Source: Longimicrobiales bacterium
GTDB taxonomy: Bacteria > Gemmatimonadota > Gemmatimonadetes > Longimicrobiales > Gaopeijiaceae
DNA: 64,000 nt
Direction of reading: 5' to 3'
Assembly (NCBI GenBank): GCA_965198065.1
Contig: CBDAON010000004.1
Span: 1,856,001 to 1,920,000, forward strand
Position 1 is the stretch's first letter. Every line of letters begins with the position of its first letter. The position numbers and the translations under genes are program-made. Below are positions 37,388 through 48,330 of the stretch, piece by piece. The notes below the pieces were generated by a model. The model saw only the letters and a program-made list of their open reading frames with translations, did not search any database and was not told the origin of the DNA.

Positions 37388-38207
37388 TCACCAGCCGCCG
37401 TAGAGACACCCCCATCTGAGGGGCGTGACCGCCGTGCGCCCGGTTCGAGCACTGCGGACCATCCAGTCGTTCGTGTAGACCCTCACCACGCCGGCATAGA
37501 CCCCGCCGTAAACCTCGACGGACGCCACGGACTGGATCGGGAGCGAATCGAGCTCACCGTAAGCGAAGTAGGACTTTCGCTCATCCACGCAAACGAGGAT
37601 ACGGCCCTCAGAGGCCGTCCTGAAGGAACGGAAGCGCGCCGGTACACAGAGCTCGGACGGGTCCCCCCGACAGGGCCCGATCATGGGGCTCCTCGTGCGA
37701 ACGAAGTCCAGCACGCTCCCGACGGCGAATCTGTCCAGATCGATTCGGTCTGCGGAGATCACGGATTCCGGAAACGCGTTCCGCCTGGCCGCGATGCGTT
37801 GCTCGAGCACTTCCATCCGCTCGATGAGCGCCTCAGCGTCCGCCTCATTCACGACGAGAGCCTCGATTCCCTCGAGCGGGATCGGATTGGGATCCAGGAG
37901 CAGGACCGAGGTCCTGGAAGGCGCGGCATCGTCGAGATCGAAGCGTTCTGGCAGGTAGCCGAGGCGCCGGGCGTAAATCGTGAAGGGCGCTCCGGGCTCG
38001 AGCGGGAGAGCGAACGCACCGAGGGAATCCGTCACGACCACCCTGGAGGAGTCGGCGGTGAGGACCCTGGCTCCGACGATCGGGGTCCCCGAGACCGCGT
38101 CCTCGACGCGACCGCGAAGGACGACGGGCACCTGGGCGCTGGCGGCCGAGGCCAGCAGCAGGTACGCCGAGGCCCCCCAGGAGCGCCCATCCGGACCGCG
38201 CTCGCAT
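37388..38207 (-). CDS. Secreted carboxypeptidase-regulatory-like domain protein; frameshift in a G6 run in the signal peptide (38173-38178)
   Basis: LRGRVEDAVSGTPIVGARV..TDSLGAF..RRLGY; removing one G gives MRARSGWALLGASAYLLLASAASAQ. Confidence 0.7.
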
Positions 38208-38283
38208 CACCGGCACAATGGGATGACGACGCTTCTCGAGGGAGTAAAGAAGGTCGGCACGCCAACTTCGCTAGATGGACACC

Positions 38284-40101
38284 TCACCACGTAATCCCCG
38301 CCTCTTCGAGTAACGCCTGGTATCGGGGGTCGTCGCGGAGGAGGTCCGAATGGTTCGACTGTGCGTCGTTAAGGGCCGTGATTCCGTGCAGTCCCTCTCG
38401 AACGATCTCTTCCAACAGCGCGAGGGCGCGCTCAGATTGCCCGGTCTCAGTGTACAGCCAACTCAGGCCCGGCCAATTCAATTCGACGTCGGAGAACCTT
38501 TGCAGCTGACCAGTTTGGTGGTAGCGTATCGCCGCTTCATACGCCCCTCTCCCAGCTTGAACGTCAACATTGGCGAGTTCCAGATACCTGCCAAATGCTG
38601 CCAGGCCCTCCTCGTATTCGCCGACCTCCAACAGCGCCCCCGATAGATCAAACCAGCCACCCTGCCATTCTGGGGCCAAGGCTATGGTTTCGCAGTGTTG
38701 TTCGATCGCCTCGTCAATACGCCCAGCTCCCCACAAGGCCCTACCCAGAACCAGCGAATTCACCCGGGCGACCGGATCGAGTTCAAAAGCCCGCTCTGCA
38801 TGAATTACTCCCTCGATCGCGCTTCCAGTACTGTAAAGAGAAATTCCCGTACCATGAGGTGCGCGGCCGCATATCCTGGGTTCAGATCGATCGCCGACTC
38901 GAACTCCTGTTCAGCTCCTTCCCATTCGCCACCGTACCACAACCCGAAGGCCAGAGAAGTGTGAGCCATGCCGAGGGAGGGGTCTAGTTGTACAGCTCTG
39001 CGGGCTGCGATGAGTCCCTGGTCAACATTCATCCGCCGATCCTGGGGGGTAGCGGTCACATCGTAATAGGCCACCAAAAAATAGGAGTCCGCGAGCCCGG
39101 AGTACGCTTCTGCGTACTCCGAGTCCAGCTCTATCGCAAGCTCGAACTCGGTGATCGCGTCGAGAAGTTGCTGCGCGGTGCGTTGGCTAACGAAAAAACG
39201 GCCTCGCTGATACGCTTGGAACGCCTCAGGAACGGTGGTCCCCTGTGCCACGAGCGGCGTCTCTGCCCCTCCGGCCAGCGCGACCTGAAGTTCGTCCGTA
39301 ACTGCTCGGGCTAATGCATCCTGAATCGCGAAGACGTTCGAAGCTGGGCCGTCGATTGCCTCCGACCACAGAACAGCCCCAGTTGCAGCCTCTACAAGCC
39401 GAGGCCGGACACGAACCGTCTCACCCACCTGCTGAAGGTCGCACTCCAGCACTGTTGCAACATCCAACGTCTCCGCGATTTCCTCGATGTCGGCGTTCAA
39501 CTCAAGCAGCGCGATGACTGAGGTTATGCCGATGACCTTGAGGCCGGGCAGCTGCGCCAGGCCACCAATGATCCCTTCGGCGAAACCTTGAGTGAGAGGG
39601 GTCTGATCTCCTGGCGCGCTCACATCGGTGCATGGCATCACCGCGACCGACGGGTCAATGGACATCGGAGCCTCAGCGATCGTGGATCCCGTCCCGATCG
39701 CGCCCCCGAGGATCACCCAACCCGTCCCCACGAATCCAAGCAGCGCGAAGGCCGCTACGCCTCCGAGGAAGGCATGCCGCCAAGTGAAGAGACGGGACTG
39801 TGGACTCCACTTGATCCCCCGTTTCCTGTGCACCGGCTGTGCTCTTCACGGGTTGGGCCTCGTGTCCCGGACCACCGTGCTGCACGAAGGCGGTGGCCAG
39901 CACGAGAGGGAGACCGACGATGAGGAGGCCCAGAGCAAACCGGGGGAACCAGTCCGGTAGGCCGAGCGCGTCGCCCAGGGTGCCCACGCCTCCCAAGACA
40001 GCCCAAGACGCGACCGCATAGATCCCAAGCACCTGCCACAGACTACGGCGGTGGATCTCAGCGATCAGACGCTTCAGAGGATTGTCGGAGGGGTCGCTCA
40101 T
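38284..40101 (-). pseudogene. Membrane-anchored TolB-like/TPR protein; frameshifts near 39800 and 38840-38860
   Basis: IHRRSLWQVLGIY | RLFTWRHAFLGG, SVAVMP, AIQDALARAV, EAFQAYQRGR, TPRs | LRDDPRYQALLEEAG. Confidence 0.78.
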
Positions 40102-40320
40102 AGTCCCGCACATGAAGAGAAACGGGAACTGCGCCCATCTGTGAAGACGCGGGAAAGATGCCGGGCGTTCAGGGGGGCGGCAAGAAAGATGTAGCGCAAC
40201 TGGGGGAATCAGCCATCACCCCCAGCCGGCCACCGTGCTCCGGGTCGTGGAGTACGCAAGGTAGGGGGATCGCCGCGCTCCATTAGGGCTGGCCGGGATG
40301 CGTTCCGGATGCAGGCCCGG

Positions 40321-40362
40321 AAAACACCAAAGCGCCACAAGGCCAGGAAGCCTTGCGGCGCT
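40321..40362 (-). terminator. Rho-independent terminator after tRNA-Val
   Basis: AGCGCCGCAAGG-CTTCCTGG-CCTTGTGGCGCT then TTGGTGTTTT on the minus strand. Confidence 0.75.
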
Positions 40363-40375
40363 TCGCCTCTCTCAA

Positions 40376-40448
40376 TGGTCGCTGCTGGACTCGAACCAGC
40401 GACCCCCACGATGTGAGCGTGGTGCTCTACCAGCTGAGCTAAGCGACC
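40376..40448 (-). tRNA. tRNA-Val(CAC)
   Basis: GGTCGCTTAGCTCAGCTGGTAGAGCA-CCACG CT CAC AT CGTGG-GGGTCGCTGGTTCGAGTCCAGCAGCGACCA; full cloverleaf. Confidence 0.97.
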
Positions 40449-40510
40449 GGGCCTCGAGACATGCCCCTCCGACCGACGTGGACGAAGGCGCACGCACCGC
40501 TATGGGAATA

Positions 40511-40583
40511 TACCCCCACGGGGAATCGAACCCCGGTTTCCTGGCTGAGAACCAGGTGTCCTAGGCCACTAGACGATGGGGGC
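40511..40583 (-). tRNA. tRNA-Glu(CTC)
   Basis: GCCCCCATCGTCTAGTGGCCTAGGACA-CCTGG TT CTC AG CCAGG-AAACCGGGGTTCGATTCCCCGTGGGGGTA. Confidence 0.97.
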
Positions 40584-40641
40584 CGAAGAGCGACCCTCAG
40601 TTTCAAAGAACCGGGATTATAGGGGCATCCCACCACCCGCG

Positions 40642-41436
40642 CTACGGGCTCAGTGCCGCTGGTTCGACATGGATCGTGGCGTCGGGAAGGGTCACGGCAT
40701 CTGGCCCGCCGACGAGGAAGCGCCGAAGCTCCTCGAAGACCTCGGCGTCGCCCACGAGTCCCAGGTGGGTCGGGCAGCAGACCTCGACATTGTACGCGCC
40801 CGGAAGCATGGCCGAAGATCCCGGGATCACGCGGGTGTCGATCGAGGTCCTCACTGACAGCATCTCGATCCCCACGACGGGCTCCGCGGCGTTCAGACGC
40901 CCGAGAAACTCGCTCCCGGGAAACATCTCGCGTCCCCCGTCGCCCCACGCGACCGCGGCCGTGACGGTGCCCCGATGGGGCGTGCCGAGGAACACCAGCC
41001 GACGGACCACGCGCGGGCGGGTCCCATCCGTGAGGAGCTGGCGAACCGCGAGCCCGCCCATGGAGTGCGCGACGACGTCCACGTGCTCCGATCCCGTCGA
41101 GCGGGCCAGCTCGTCCAGGGCGCGCCCGACCTGCCCGGCGTTCACCTCGTTGCTCCCCACGGGATCCATGAAGGTGAGCGCGGAAACCGCCTCCCACGGC
41201 CATCCCGCGTTCATGAAGCGATCGTGGAGCAGGGCGAGGTCCGCCGCGTCGTCCCCCCAACCCGGCACGAGGAGGATGGGGACGGGGCCGCTCGGCGTAG
41301 TCCGCACCGTCGGTGTCGCGTCCGGAACCGCGTCACCCGGCTGGGCCCCGGCGCCGCAGACGGGGAAGACCGCGGAGGTCGCGAGGGCCCCCAAGCCGGC
41401 GCGGAACGCCGCCCGGCCCGCTCGATTTCGTCTCAC
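40642..41436 (-). CDS. Secreted alpha/beta hydrolase (lipase/esterase)
   Basis: ILLVPGWG, VVAHSMGG nucleophile elbow, LGTPHRG. Confidence 0.85.
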   Translation of the reverse strand: MRRNRAGRAAFRAGLGALATSAVFPVCGAGAQPGDAVPDATPTVRTTPSGPVPILLVPGWGDDAADLALLHDRFMNAGWPWEAVSALTFMDPVGSNEVNAGQVGRALDELARSTGSEHVDVVAHSMGGLAVRQLLTDGTRPRVVRRLVFLGTPHRGTVTAAVAWGDGGREMFPGSEFLGRLNAAEPVVGIEMLSVRTSIDTRVIPGSSAMLPGAYNVEVCCPTHLGLVGDAEVFEELRRFLVGGPDAVTLPDATIHVEPAALSP

Positions 41437-41527
41437 GGTGTCCTCCCCTATCTTGCCCGCGGGTGCCGCGGGGGGGACGGTATCGACAGGCATAGATATA
41501 CTCGGGGGGATCGATGGAGTGTTCCAC

Positions 41528-42319
41528 ATGACCCCACTCACGGGGGAGGGTCGCTGGGCGCTCGTGCTCGGCGCGTCGAGCGGGTTCGGCGAGGCGTGCG
41601 CGAGGGCGCTTGCGAAGGCCGGATATCACGTCTTCGGCGTCCACCTCGATCGTCGCGCCGGGCTGAAGAAGGTGGAGGAGCTACAGGAGGAGCTCCGAGC
41701 GTCCGGCCGGAAGGCGCACTTCTTCAACATCAACGCGGCTGACCCTGAGCGGATGGAGGCCGCCCTGGACGAGATGGCCGCCCTCGTGGGAGAGGGGGAG
41801 GACATCGGGGTGCTCATGCACTCTCTCGCGTTCGGGACCCTTCGACCCTACGTGGGTGACGAGGCCGTCGCGCCGGCGCAGATGGACATGACGCTCCGGG
41901 TGATGGCGCATTCGCTCGTAGACTGGACGCGCGCGATCCTGGCGCGTGACCTCATGGGAGAGGACGGGCGGATCTTCGCCATGACTTCCTCGGGATCGAA
42001 CCGGGTGATCCCGACCTACGGCCCGGTGTCCGGAGCGAAGGCGGCGCTCGAGGCGCACTGCCGCCAGCTCGCGTACGAGCTCGCCCCGAGGGGGATCACC
42101 GTAAACGCGCTGAGAGGAGGGGTCACGGACACCCCCGCGTTACGCAAGATCCCGGGTCACGACGAGCTGCTCGCGGGAGCTCGGGCGAGGAATCCGTCGA
42201 AGCGGCTCACCACGCCGGAAGACGTAGCGTCCGCGACCGTGGCGCTCTGCTCTCCGCTCACGCACTGGATCACGGGGAACGTGATCAACGTGGACGGGGG
42301 GGAGGAGATCACGGCGTGA
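41528..42319 (+). CDS. SDR oxidoreductase, enoyl-ACP reductase (FabL-like)
   Basis: LGASSGFG, HSLAFG, YGPVSGAK, VTDTPALRKIPG, ITGNVINVDGG. Confidence 0.85.
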   Translation: MTPLTGEGRWALVLGASSGFGEACARALAKAGYHVFGVHLDRRAGLKKVEELQEELRASGRKAHFFNINAADPERMEAALDEMAALVGEGEDIGVLMHSLAFGTLRPYVGDEAVAPAQMDMTLRVMAHSLVDWTRAILARDLMGEDGRIFAMTSSGSNRVIPTYGPVSGAKAALEAHCRQLAYELAPRGITVNALRGGVTDTPALRKIPGHDELLAGARARNPSKRLTTPEDVASATVALCSPLTHWITGNVINVDGGEEITA

Positions 42320-43628
42320 GGGCCTTCCGTAAGGCATCGCTGGCCCACTCGAGCTGACCCCGATCGATCGTGAGCGGCGGGGCGAGCTCGACCACGTGGG
42401 AGCGCTCTCCCGCCGCGAGAACGAGGAGCCCTGCCCGGAGGGCCCGGGTTGCGGCCGCCGCAGCCGCGCCCGCCCCGTCCAGCTCGATGCCTACGAGGAG
42501 CCCGCGGCCCCGGACGTCCCGGACGCCGGGAATCCCGCCGAGCGTCCGTTCGAGGTGGTCCAGAAGCCACGCCCCCTCGTCCCTGGCCCGCTCCACCAGG
42601 CGCTCGGTCCGGATGACGTCCAGGAGAGCCAACGCAGCGGCGCAGGCGAGAGGGTGACCCAGAAACGTGGACGTGTGCAGGGCTTCGCCCTTCGATGCTG
42701 GCCATGCGTCCATGACCTCCCGTGGCCCCACGCACGCGCTGAGCGGGAGCCCTCCGCCGAGGCCCTTGCCGAGGCAGAGGAGGTCCGGGGCGGTCCCGTC
42801 GCGCTCGAACGCGAAGAGGTGGCCGGTTCGGCCGAGCCCCGTGAGCACCTCGTCCACGACGAGGAGCGCTCCCTCGCGCCGCGCCCGCCCGGCGACCTCG
42901 GCCAGAAAGCCCGTCGGGGGCACTCGGACCCCGGCTCTACCCTGAATCGGTTCGACGATCACGCACCCGGCCGGCGTCCCCTCGGATGCGAGCTCGGAGA
43001 GCGCGCGGTCGAGAGCCTCGAGTGAGCGCGGTCCCGCCGAATCCCCGTGTGAGGCGTGGTCCGGGAACGGGATGAATCGCACCGTCGGAAACAGGCGCTC
43101 CGCGAAGGGCGCCCGGAAGTCCTCTCTTGAGGTTACCGCGAGAGCCCCCACAGTGAGCCCGTGGTAGGCGCCCTCGAACGCTACGATCGCGCTCCGGCCG
43201 GTAGCGAGGAGGGCGGTCTTGAGCGCGATCTCGACAGCATCCGACCCAGAGGAGGCCAGGACCGAGCGCGCCTCTTTCCAGGGAGCCAGGGCCGAGAGAC
43301 GCTCGAGGAGCTCGACCTTCCCGATCGGGGGATGGACGTCTCCCATCCCGTGCACGAGGACCGTTGCCTGCGTTCGGATCGCCTCGACCACGGCCGGGTG
43401 GCCGTGCCCCGCGAGCGAGACGCCGAAGGCCGCCGTCAGATCGAGAAAGACGTTTCCGTCCGCGTCTTCCACGGTTGCGCCCTCGGCCCGCCTCCAGAAG
43501 ACCGGGAAGTCGGCGGCGCGGTACGTGACATTTCGCGACTCGACGGCGGCCAGGCGCGCCGCCAGCTCGCGCGAGGCCGGCCCGGGCGGCGGGACGGGGA
43601 TCCGGGGGAGCGGCGACCGGGGCGTCAC
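42309..43628 (-). CDS. Class III PLP-dependent aminotransferase
   Basis: DADGNVFLDL, FEGAYHG, VEPIQGRAG, DEVLTGLGRTG, GKGLGGG. Confidence 0.92.
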   Translation of the reverse strand: MTPRSPLPRIPVPPPGPASRELAARLAAVESRNVTYRAADFPVFWRRAEGATVEDADGNVFLDLTAAFGVSLAGHGHPAVVEAIRTQATVLVHGMGDVHPPIGKVELLERLSALAPWKEARSVLASSGSDAVEIALKTALLATGRSAIVAFEGAYHGLTVGALAVTSREDFRAPFAERLFPTVRFIPFPDHASHGDSAGPRSLEALDRALSELASEGTPAGCVIVEPIQGRAGVRVPPTGFLAEVAGRARREGALLVVDEVLTGLGRTGHLFAFERDGTAPDLLCLGKGLGGGLPLSACVGPREVMDAWPASKGEALHTSTFLGHPLACAAALALLDVIRTERLVERARDEGAWLLDHLERTLGGIPGVRDVRGRGLLVGIELDGAGAAAAAATRALRAGLLVLAAGERSHVVELAPPLTIDRGQLEWASDALRKALTP

Positions 43629-43641
43629 CGGACCTGTTCCC

Positions 43642-45705
43642 TCACGGCTCGATCCCCGCGCCCTCGAGCATCGCGAGAAAGCCGTCCTCGTCCAGCACCT
43701 CCACGCCGAGCTCGTGGGCGCGCTCGAGCTTGGAGCCCCCGGCTTCCCCGGCGACGAGAAAATCCGTCTCCCCGCTCACGCTCGAGACCGCCCTGCCACC
43801 TCCCTGCTCGACCAGCTTCTTCGCGCGGGACCGAGACATGGAGGCGAGGGCCCCGGTGAACGCGAACCGGCGTCCCTGGAACGGCCCCTCCGGCGTCCGG
43901 GCCTCCGGGACGACGAGCGCATCCATCCGCCTGCGGAGCTCGTCCAGGCCCCCGCGATTGGCGGGCTCCTCGAAGAACCCTCGGATCTGCTCGGCCATGC
44001 GAGGACCGACTCCCGAGACCTCCTGGAGCGCGTGCTCGTCGGCATCCCGAAGGGCCTCGAACGTCCGGAAGTGCGAGGCCAGGTCCCGGGCCACCGCCGC
44101 GCCGACTTCGGGGATTCCGAGACCGTAGAGGAAGCGGTGAAGCTCGGTGGTTCGGCTGGACCGGATGGCTCGGACGAGCTTTTGCGCCGACTTCTCGGCA
44201 AGACGGGGCAGGGTGAGAAGGTCGGTCTCGGACAGGTCGAACAGGTCGGCCAGCTCCCTCACGAGGCCCCTCTCCACCAGCAGGGACGCCCTCTCCGGGC
44301 CGAGTCCCTCGATGTCCAGCCCCGCGCGCGACGCGAAATGCGTGAGCCGGCCCTTGAGTTGGGCCGGGCAACCGAGCCGGTTCGGACAGAACGTGAAGGG
44401 ACCTCTGACCTGGACGGGCGTCCCACACGCCGGGCACCGCTCCGGCATGACGAAGAAGGCCGAGCGTCGGCGTCCCGCTTCCGCCATCACCTCCACGACC
44501 TGGGGGATCACGTCGCCGGCGCGCTGTACCCGGACGAGATCCCCCTCCCGCACGTCGCGCCGATCGACCTCCTCCCGGTTGTGCAGGGACGCCCGGGAGA
44601 CCGTGACGCCACCCACCTCCACCGGGAGCAGGAGGGCGACGGGCGTCAGGACGCCCGTGCGGCCGACCTGTACCGCGATCCGCTCGACGCGCGTCACCTC
44701 CTTCCGGGGCTCGAACTTGAAGGCGATCGCCCACCGGGGGTGGTGGGCGGTCGTCCCCAGGTCCGCGCGCTCGTCGAGATTGTTCAGCTTCACAACGACC
44801 CCGTCGATCTCGTAGTCGAGGGCGTCGCGATCGCGCTCGAAGGCGGCGTGATACTCGAGGATCTCTTCCACGCTGCGGGCGGTCCGGACCCGCTTGGGCG
44901 TCGGAAACCCCCACTCGTCGAGCGCGCCGACCAGTTCCAGGTCCGTTCGAAAGCCGGTCCCTCTGACCTCGAGGATGTCGTAGGCGAGCAACTGGAGCGG
45001 CCGACTCGCCGTGATCGACGGGTCGAGCTGCCGGAGGGCGCCCGAGGTGGCGTTCCTGGGGTTGGCGTACGTCTCTTCCCCGGCCTTCAGCCGTTCCTCG
45101 TTCAGGCCCTCGAACGCTGAGAGCGACATGAGCACCTCCCCCCGCACGGAGAGGAACGCAGGCGCCTCGCGGTCCTCCTCCCGGAGGCGGAGCGGGACTG
45201 AAGGAATCGTACGCGCGTTCTCGGAGACCGCCTCGCCCTCCCGGCCGTTCCCGCGCGTGACTGCGCGCGTCAGCACTCCGCTCTCGTACACGAGCTCGAG
45301 CGATACGCCGTCCAGCTTCGGCTCGAGCATGAACTCGGCCTCGTCCGCCTCCACCGCCTTCAGGATTCTCTCCAGGAAGCGACGCACCTCGTCCGGTTCC
45401 TGGGTCGAGTCCAGCGACAGCATCGGGGCCGCGTGCGCGACGGTCGGGAGGTCGTCTCGGGGCTCGCCGGCCACCCGGAGGGTGGGCGAGTCGTCGCTCC
45501 GAAGCTCGGGAAAGGTCTCCTCGACCTGCTTGAGCCTGCGGAACAGGCGGTCGTACTTCGCGTCGGAGATCTCGGGCCGTCCCGCCACGTGATACAGGTA
45601 GTCGTGGCGACGGATCTCTGATCGGAGCGCCGCCACGAGGCTACGGGCGGCCTCTGCCCGCAGCTCGGCGGGCGGGGTCTCGAGGTCGAGCAGCTCGTCC
45701 GTCAT
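43642..45705 (-). CDS. ligA: NAD-dependent DNA ligase
   Basis: PMLSLD, EPKLDG, TRGNG, NPRNA, DGVVVK, PRWAIAFKF, C4 zinc finger, HhH, BRCT. Confidence 0.97.
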   Translation of the reverse strand: MTDELLDLETPPAELRAEAARSLVAALRSEIRRHDYLYHVAGRPEISDAKYDRLFRRLKQVEETFPELRSDDSPTLRVAGEPRDDLPTVAHAAPMLSLDSTQEPDEVRRFLERILKAVEADEAEFMLEPKLDGVSLELVYESGVLTRAVTRGNGREGEAVSENARTIPSVPLRLREEDREAPAFLSVRGEVLMSLSAFEGLNEERLKAGEETYANPRNATSGALRQLDPSITASRPLQLLAYDILEVRGTGFRTDLELVGALDEWGFPTPKRVRTARSVEEILEYHAAFERDRDALDYEIDGVVVKLNNLDERADLGTTAHHPRWAIAFKFEPRKEVTRVERIAVQVGRTGVLTPVALLLPVEVGGVTVSRASLHNREEVDRRDVREGDLVRVQRAGDVIPQVVEVMAEAGRRRSAFFVMPERCPACGTPVQVRGPFTFCPNRLGCPAQLKGRLTHFASRAGLDIEGLGPERASLLVERGLVRELADLFDLSETDLLTLPRLAEKSAQKLVRAIRSSRTTELHRFLYGLGIPEVGAAVARDLASHFRTFEALRDADEHALQEVSGVGPRMAEQIRGFFEEPANRGGLDELRRRMDALVVPEARTPEGPFQGRRFAFTGALASMSRSRAKKLVEQGGGRAVSSVSGETDFLVAGEAGGSKLERAHELGVEVLDEDGFLAMLEGAGIEP

Positions 45706-45803
45706 GCGCCTTATCTTCGAGCCGGACCCGGCTCCTGGGAAGGGAGGCGGGCCCGCTCGCCGCGCTCTGGCTTCCCCGCGCGGCGGCGGCGTATGTTCCG
45801 CGC

Positions 45804-47324
45804 ATGCCTCGCTGGCGCCGAGTGGTCCACGGATCTGTCGCGGCTCTGCTCTTGTCGGGGGTGGGGGGGTGCGCGGTGTGGGCCGGCGCAGGCGGCGTGC
45901 TCGGGCTTCCTCCCCTCCGTGAGCGCGTGGACGCCCTCCTGGCTGAGCCGCCCTTCGACGGCGTCCAATGGGGTGTTCTCGCAACCGACGCCGAGACCGG
46001 CGAGCTTCTCTACGAGCGAAACCCCGCTGTCCGCTTCATTCCCGCGTCCAATCAGAAGATTCCCGTGACCGTGGCGGCGATGGACCTCCTGGGACCCGCG
46101 TACCGCTGGGACACACCGTTCATGGCCCGAACCTTCCCGGAAGACGGTGTGGTGGAGGGGGATCTGGTCCTCGTGGGCTCCGGCGACCCGACCCTGGGAG
46201 AGCCGTTCTTCGAGTCCGCCGAACATGCGCTCGAGGCCGTCGTCGAAGCGCTCCGGGATGCGGGGATTGAGCGGGTGACGGGCGCTCTCGTTCTCGACGC
46301 CTCCCGCTGGGACTCCACCTCGGTGCCGGAGTCCTGGATGGTGGAGGACCTGGTCGCGACCGCGGGCGCCACCGGGGGGCCGTTCGTCCTGTGGCGAGGC
46401 GAGCTCGAGATTCGGGTGACGGGGGCCCCCACCCCGGGGGATCCGGCGCAGGTGGAATGGTCGCCGATGGGCGCGAGCACCTTCGTGGAAGCGAACGTTG
46501 CGACCGAGTCCCCGGACGTGGGACCCGACATCGCCGTGGATTACCACCCCGAGTCCAGACGCTGGACCGTCACCGGTACGATCGGCCCCGAGCGGGAGGC
46601 CACGCGAACGGTGCCGGCGCGGGATCCCGTGCGGCTCGCGCTGGACGCCCTCGAGCGGGCCATGGCTGACGCGGGGATCGTCGCTGAAGGAGGGGTGCGG
46701 ATCCACTGGGACCGGGGCACCCCGGTCGGGGACACCTGCGTCGCCGGAGAGCTCGACGCCTGTCCGGACCTGGTGGCGATCGCCGAGCTCCGATCGCTTC
46801 CGCTCGGCGAGGTCGTGGCAGCGATCCTGGGACCCAGCCAGAACTGGATGACCGAGCAACTCGTCCGCACGGTCGGGGCCGAGGTCGGGTCGGAGGGGAG
46901 CTGGCCCGAGGGTCTGCGCGTGATCCAGGAGCACCTCCGCGCGGCTGCCGGCGTGGATTCCCTCGCGCTCCGCATGGAGGACGGCTCGGGTCTCTCGGCC
47001 AAGAACCTCTTGTCGCCGCGGGCCATGGTCGCGATCCTGGCCCACGCCCGGGGCTCGACCTGGTTCTACTCGTTCGCGGGCGCCATGGCGCGCCCCGGGG
47101 GGCCCGACACGACGCTGGAAGACCGGCTCGCCGGGCTGGAGGGGCGTCTCTTCGCCAAGACCGGGACGATCACGAACGTGAACTCTCTCTCGGGATACCT
47201 CATCCGCAGTGACGGGCGCGAGGTGATCTTCAGCATCCTGTCGAACGGATCGAACCTGTCGTCGGACGCGGTCCGCGACCGAATCGACGAGCTCGTCAGG
47301 GAGGTGGCACGGCCCGAGGGTTGA
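45804..47324 (+). CDS. dacB: D-alanyl-D-alanine carboxypeptidase/endopeptidase (PBP4, peptidase S13)
   Basis: PASNQK (SxxK), GSGDPTL, SQN (SxN), DGSGLS, AKTGT. Confidence 0.93.
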   Translation: MPRWRRVVHGSVAALLLSGVGGCAVWAGAGGVLGLPPLRERVDALLAEPPFDGVQWGVLATDAETGELLYERNPAVRFIPASNQKIPVTVAAMDLLGPAYRWDTPFMARTFPEDGVVEGDLVLVGSGDPTLGEPFFESAEHALEAVVEALRDAGIERVTGALVLDASRWDSTSVPESWMVEDLVATAGATGGPFVLWRGELEIRVTGAPTPGDPAQVEWSPMGASTFVEANVATESPDVGPDIAVDYHPESRRWTVTGTIGPEREATRTVPARDPVRLALDALERAMADAGIVAEGGVRIHWDRGTPVGDTCVAGELDACPDLVAIAELRSLPLGEVVAAILGPSQNWMTEQLVRTVGAEVGSEGSWPEGLRVIQEHLRAAAGVDSLALRMEDGSGLSAKNLLSPRAMVAILAHARGSTWFYSFAGAMARPGGPDTTLEDRLAGLEGRLFAKTGTITNVNSLSGYLIRSDGREVIFSILSNGSNLSSDAVRDRIDELVREVARPEG

Positions 47325-48207
47325 GGGGCGTGGCTTCGAGCGTGCGCTCCGCCGCGATTCGGCCGGACTCGATCATCTCGTCGATGTGCTCGAAGTCGAG
47401 CGTTTCGAAGCGGTCTACCTCCGGACGGATGTAGAGGAGGGGCGGTCCGTCCCACTCCTGGATCGTCCTCCGCCGGCGGTTTCCGGACATGATCGAGAAC
47501 ACGCGCTCGTGGATCGCGAGCATCCCCTGGGCCACGACGGCCCGCGGCTCCACACTCTCGGCTGCGCTCACGTCGATGGCCACGATGCCCGTGGCGCCCA
47601 GCTCCACGGCTCTCCTGATGGGGAGCGCGTCTTCCGAGCCGCCGTCCACGTAAACGCCGCCGGGGAGGGAGATGGGCGGATAGAACAGGGGGAGCGCCGC
47701 GGACGCGTACACGGCGTCGGCGAGCGACACGTCCGTCCGAGCCCCAATCCCGAACCACTCCGTCCTCCCGGTGCCGAGCTCGACGGCGTTCGCCTGGAAG
47801 CGAACTTCGAGCCCCTCCCAGCCCTCTTCGGGGAGAACCTTCGAGAGGTATCGCCGGAGCGTCTCCTCATGAAAGACTGCCGGGGCCCGGATCCCGCGCA
47901 TCCAGACCGCTCGCCGCTGCATCCGAGCGATATCGCCCCGCCGGAGGCTCCTCGCATCGGCCAGCATCTCGTCGAGGCCCCGGCCACCGGCCACGCACGC
48001 TCCGATCAGGGCTCCGATGCTCGTCCCGATAATCCCTGTCGGAGCCAACCCGGCCCTGCTCAGGACTCCCCAGGCTCCGAGGTGCGCGAGCCCCCGGAGG
48101 CCCCCACCCCCGAGCACGAGCCACGGCAGCTCGCCGAGAGACACCTGTCCGAGCTTGAGCCCACGCTCGCCCCGCCCACGCTCGCGCTTCCAGAGCTTGA
48201 GCATCAT
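47296..48207 (-). CDS. Patatin-like phospholipase
   Basis: LGGGGLRG, GTSIG, DGG. Confidence 0.9.
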   Translation of the reverse strand: MMLKLWKRERGRGERGLKLGQVSLGELPWLVLGGGGLRGLAHLGAWGVLSRAGLAPTGIIGTSIGALIGACVAGGRGLDEMLADARSLRRGDIARMQRRAVWMRGIRAPAVFHEETLRRYLSKVLPEEGWEGLEVRFQANAVELGTGRTEWFGIGARTDVSLADAVYASAALPLFYPPISLPGGVYVDGGSEDALPIRRAVELGATGIVAIDVSAAESVEPRAVVAQGMLAIHERVFSIMSGNRRRRTIQEWDGPPLLYIRPEVDRFETLDFEHIDEMIESGRIAAERTLEATPLNPRAVPPP

Positions 48208-48311
48208 GACCTCCGCTGCACTCCAACGGCGACTGGCTGAAAGCCCCCGAATCGGAAGGAAACTATGCAGGGAGTCCTCTTGACGCTCCCGCGGGTTCAA
48301 GCCTAGATTGC

Positions 48312-48330
48312 GATAATCAGAATCATTCTC
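48312..48330. promoter_or_regulatory. Fur-box-like operator upstream of sufC
   Basis: GATAATCAGAATCATTCTC matches 16/19 of GATAATGATAATCATTATC; AT-rich island in GC-rich DNA. Confidence 0.75.

Larger units (their letters stand above)
24210..40375. mobile_element. tRNA-anchored integration hotspot or tandem island remnants; no integrase found
   Basis: Three tRNA-Arg fragments, position downstream of tRNA-Val, IS remnant, TA module, patchy GC, many broken genes. Confidence 0.6.

Noticed and set aside
40676..41527. Long N-terminal extensions in the ORF track (SDR from 40676, ligA from 45984, sufU from 52678, brx from 59289, thiolase from 56549)
   Set aside because: The extensions overlap other real genes and lack family motifs; downstream starts were chosen.
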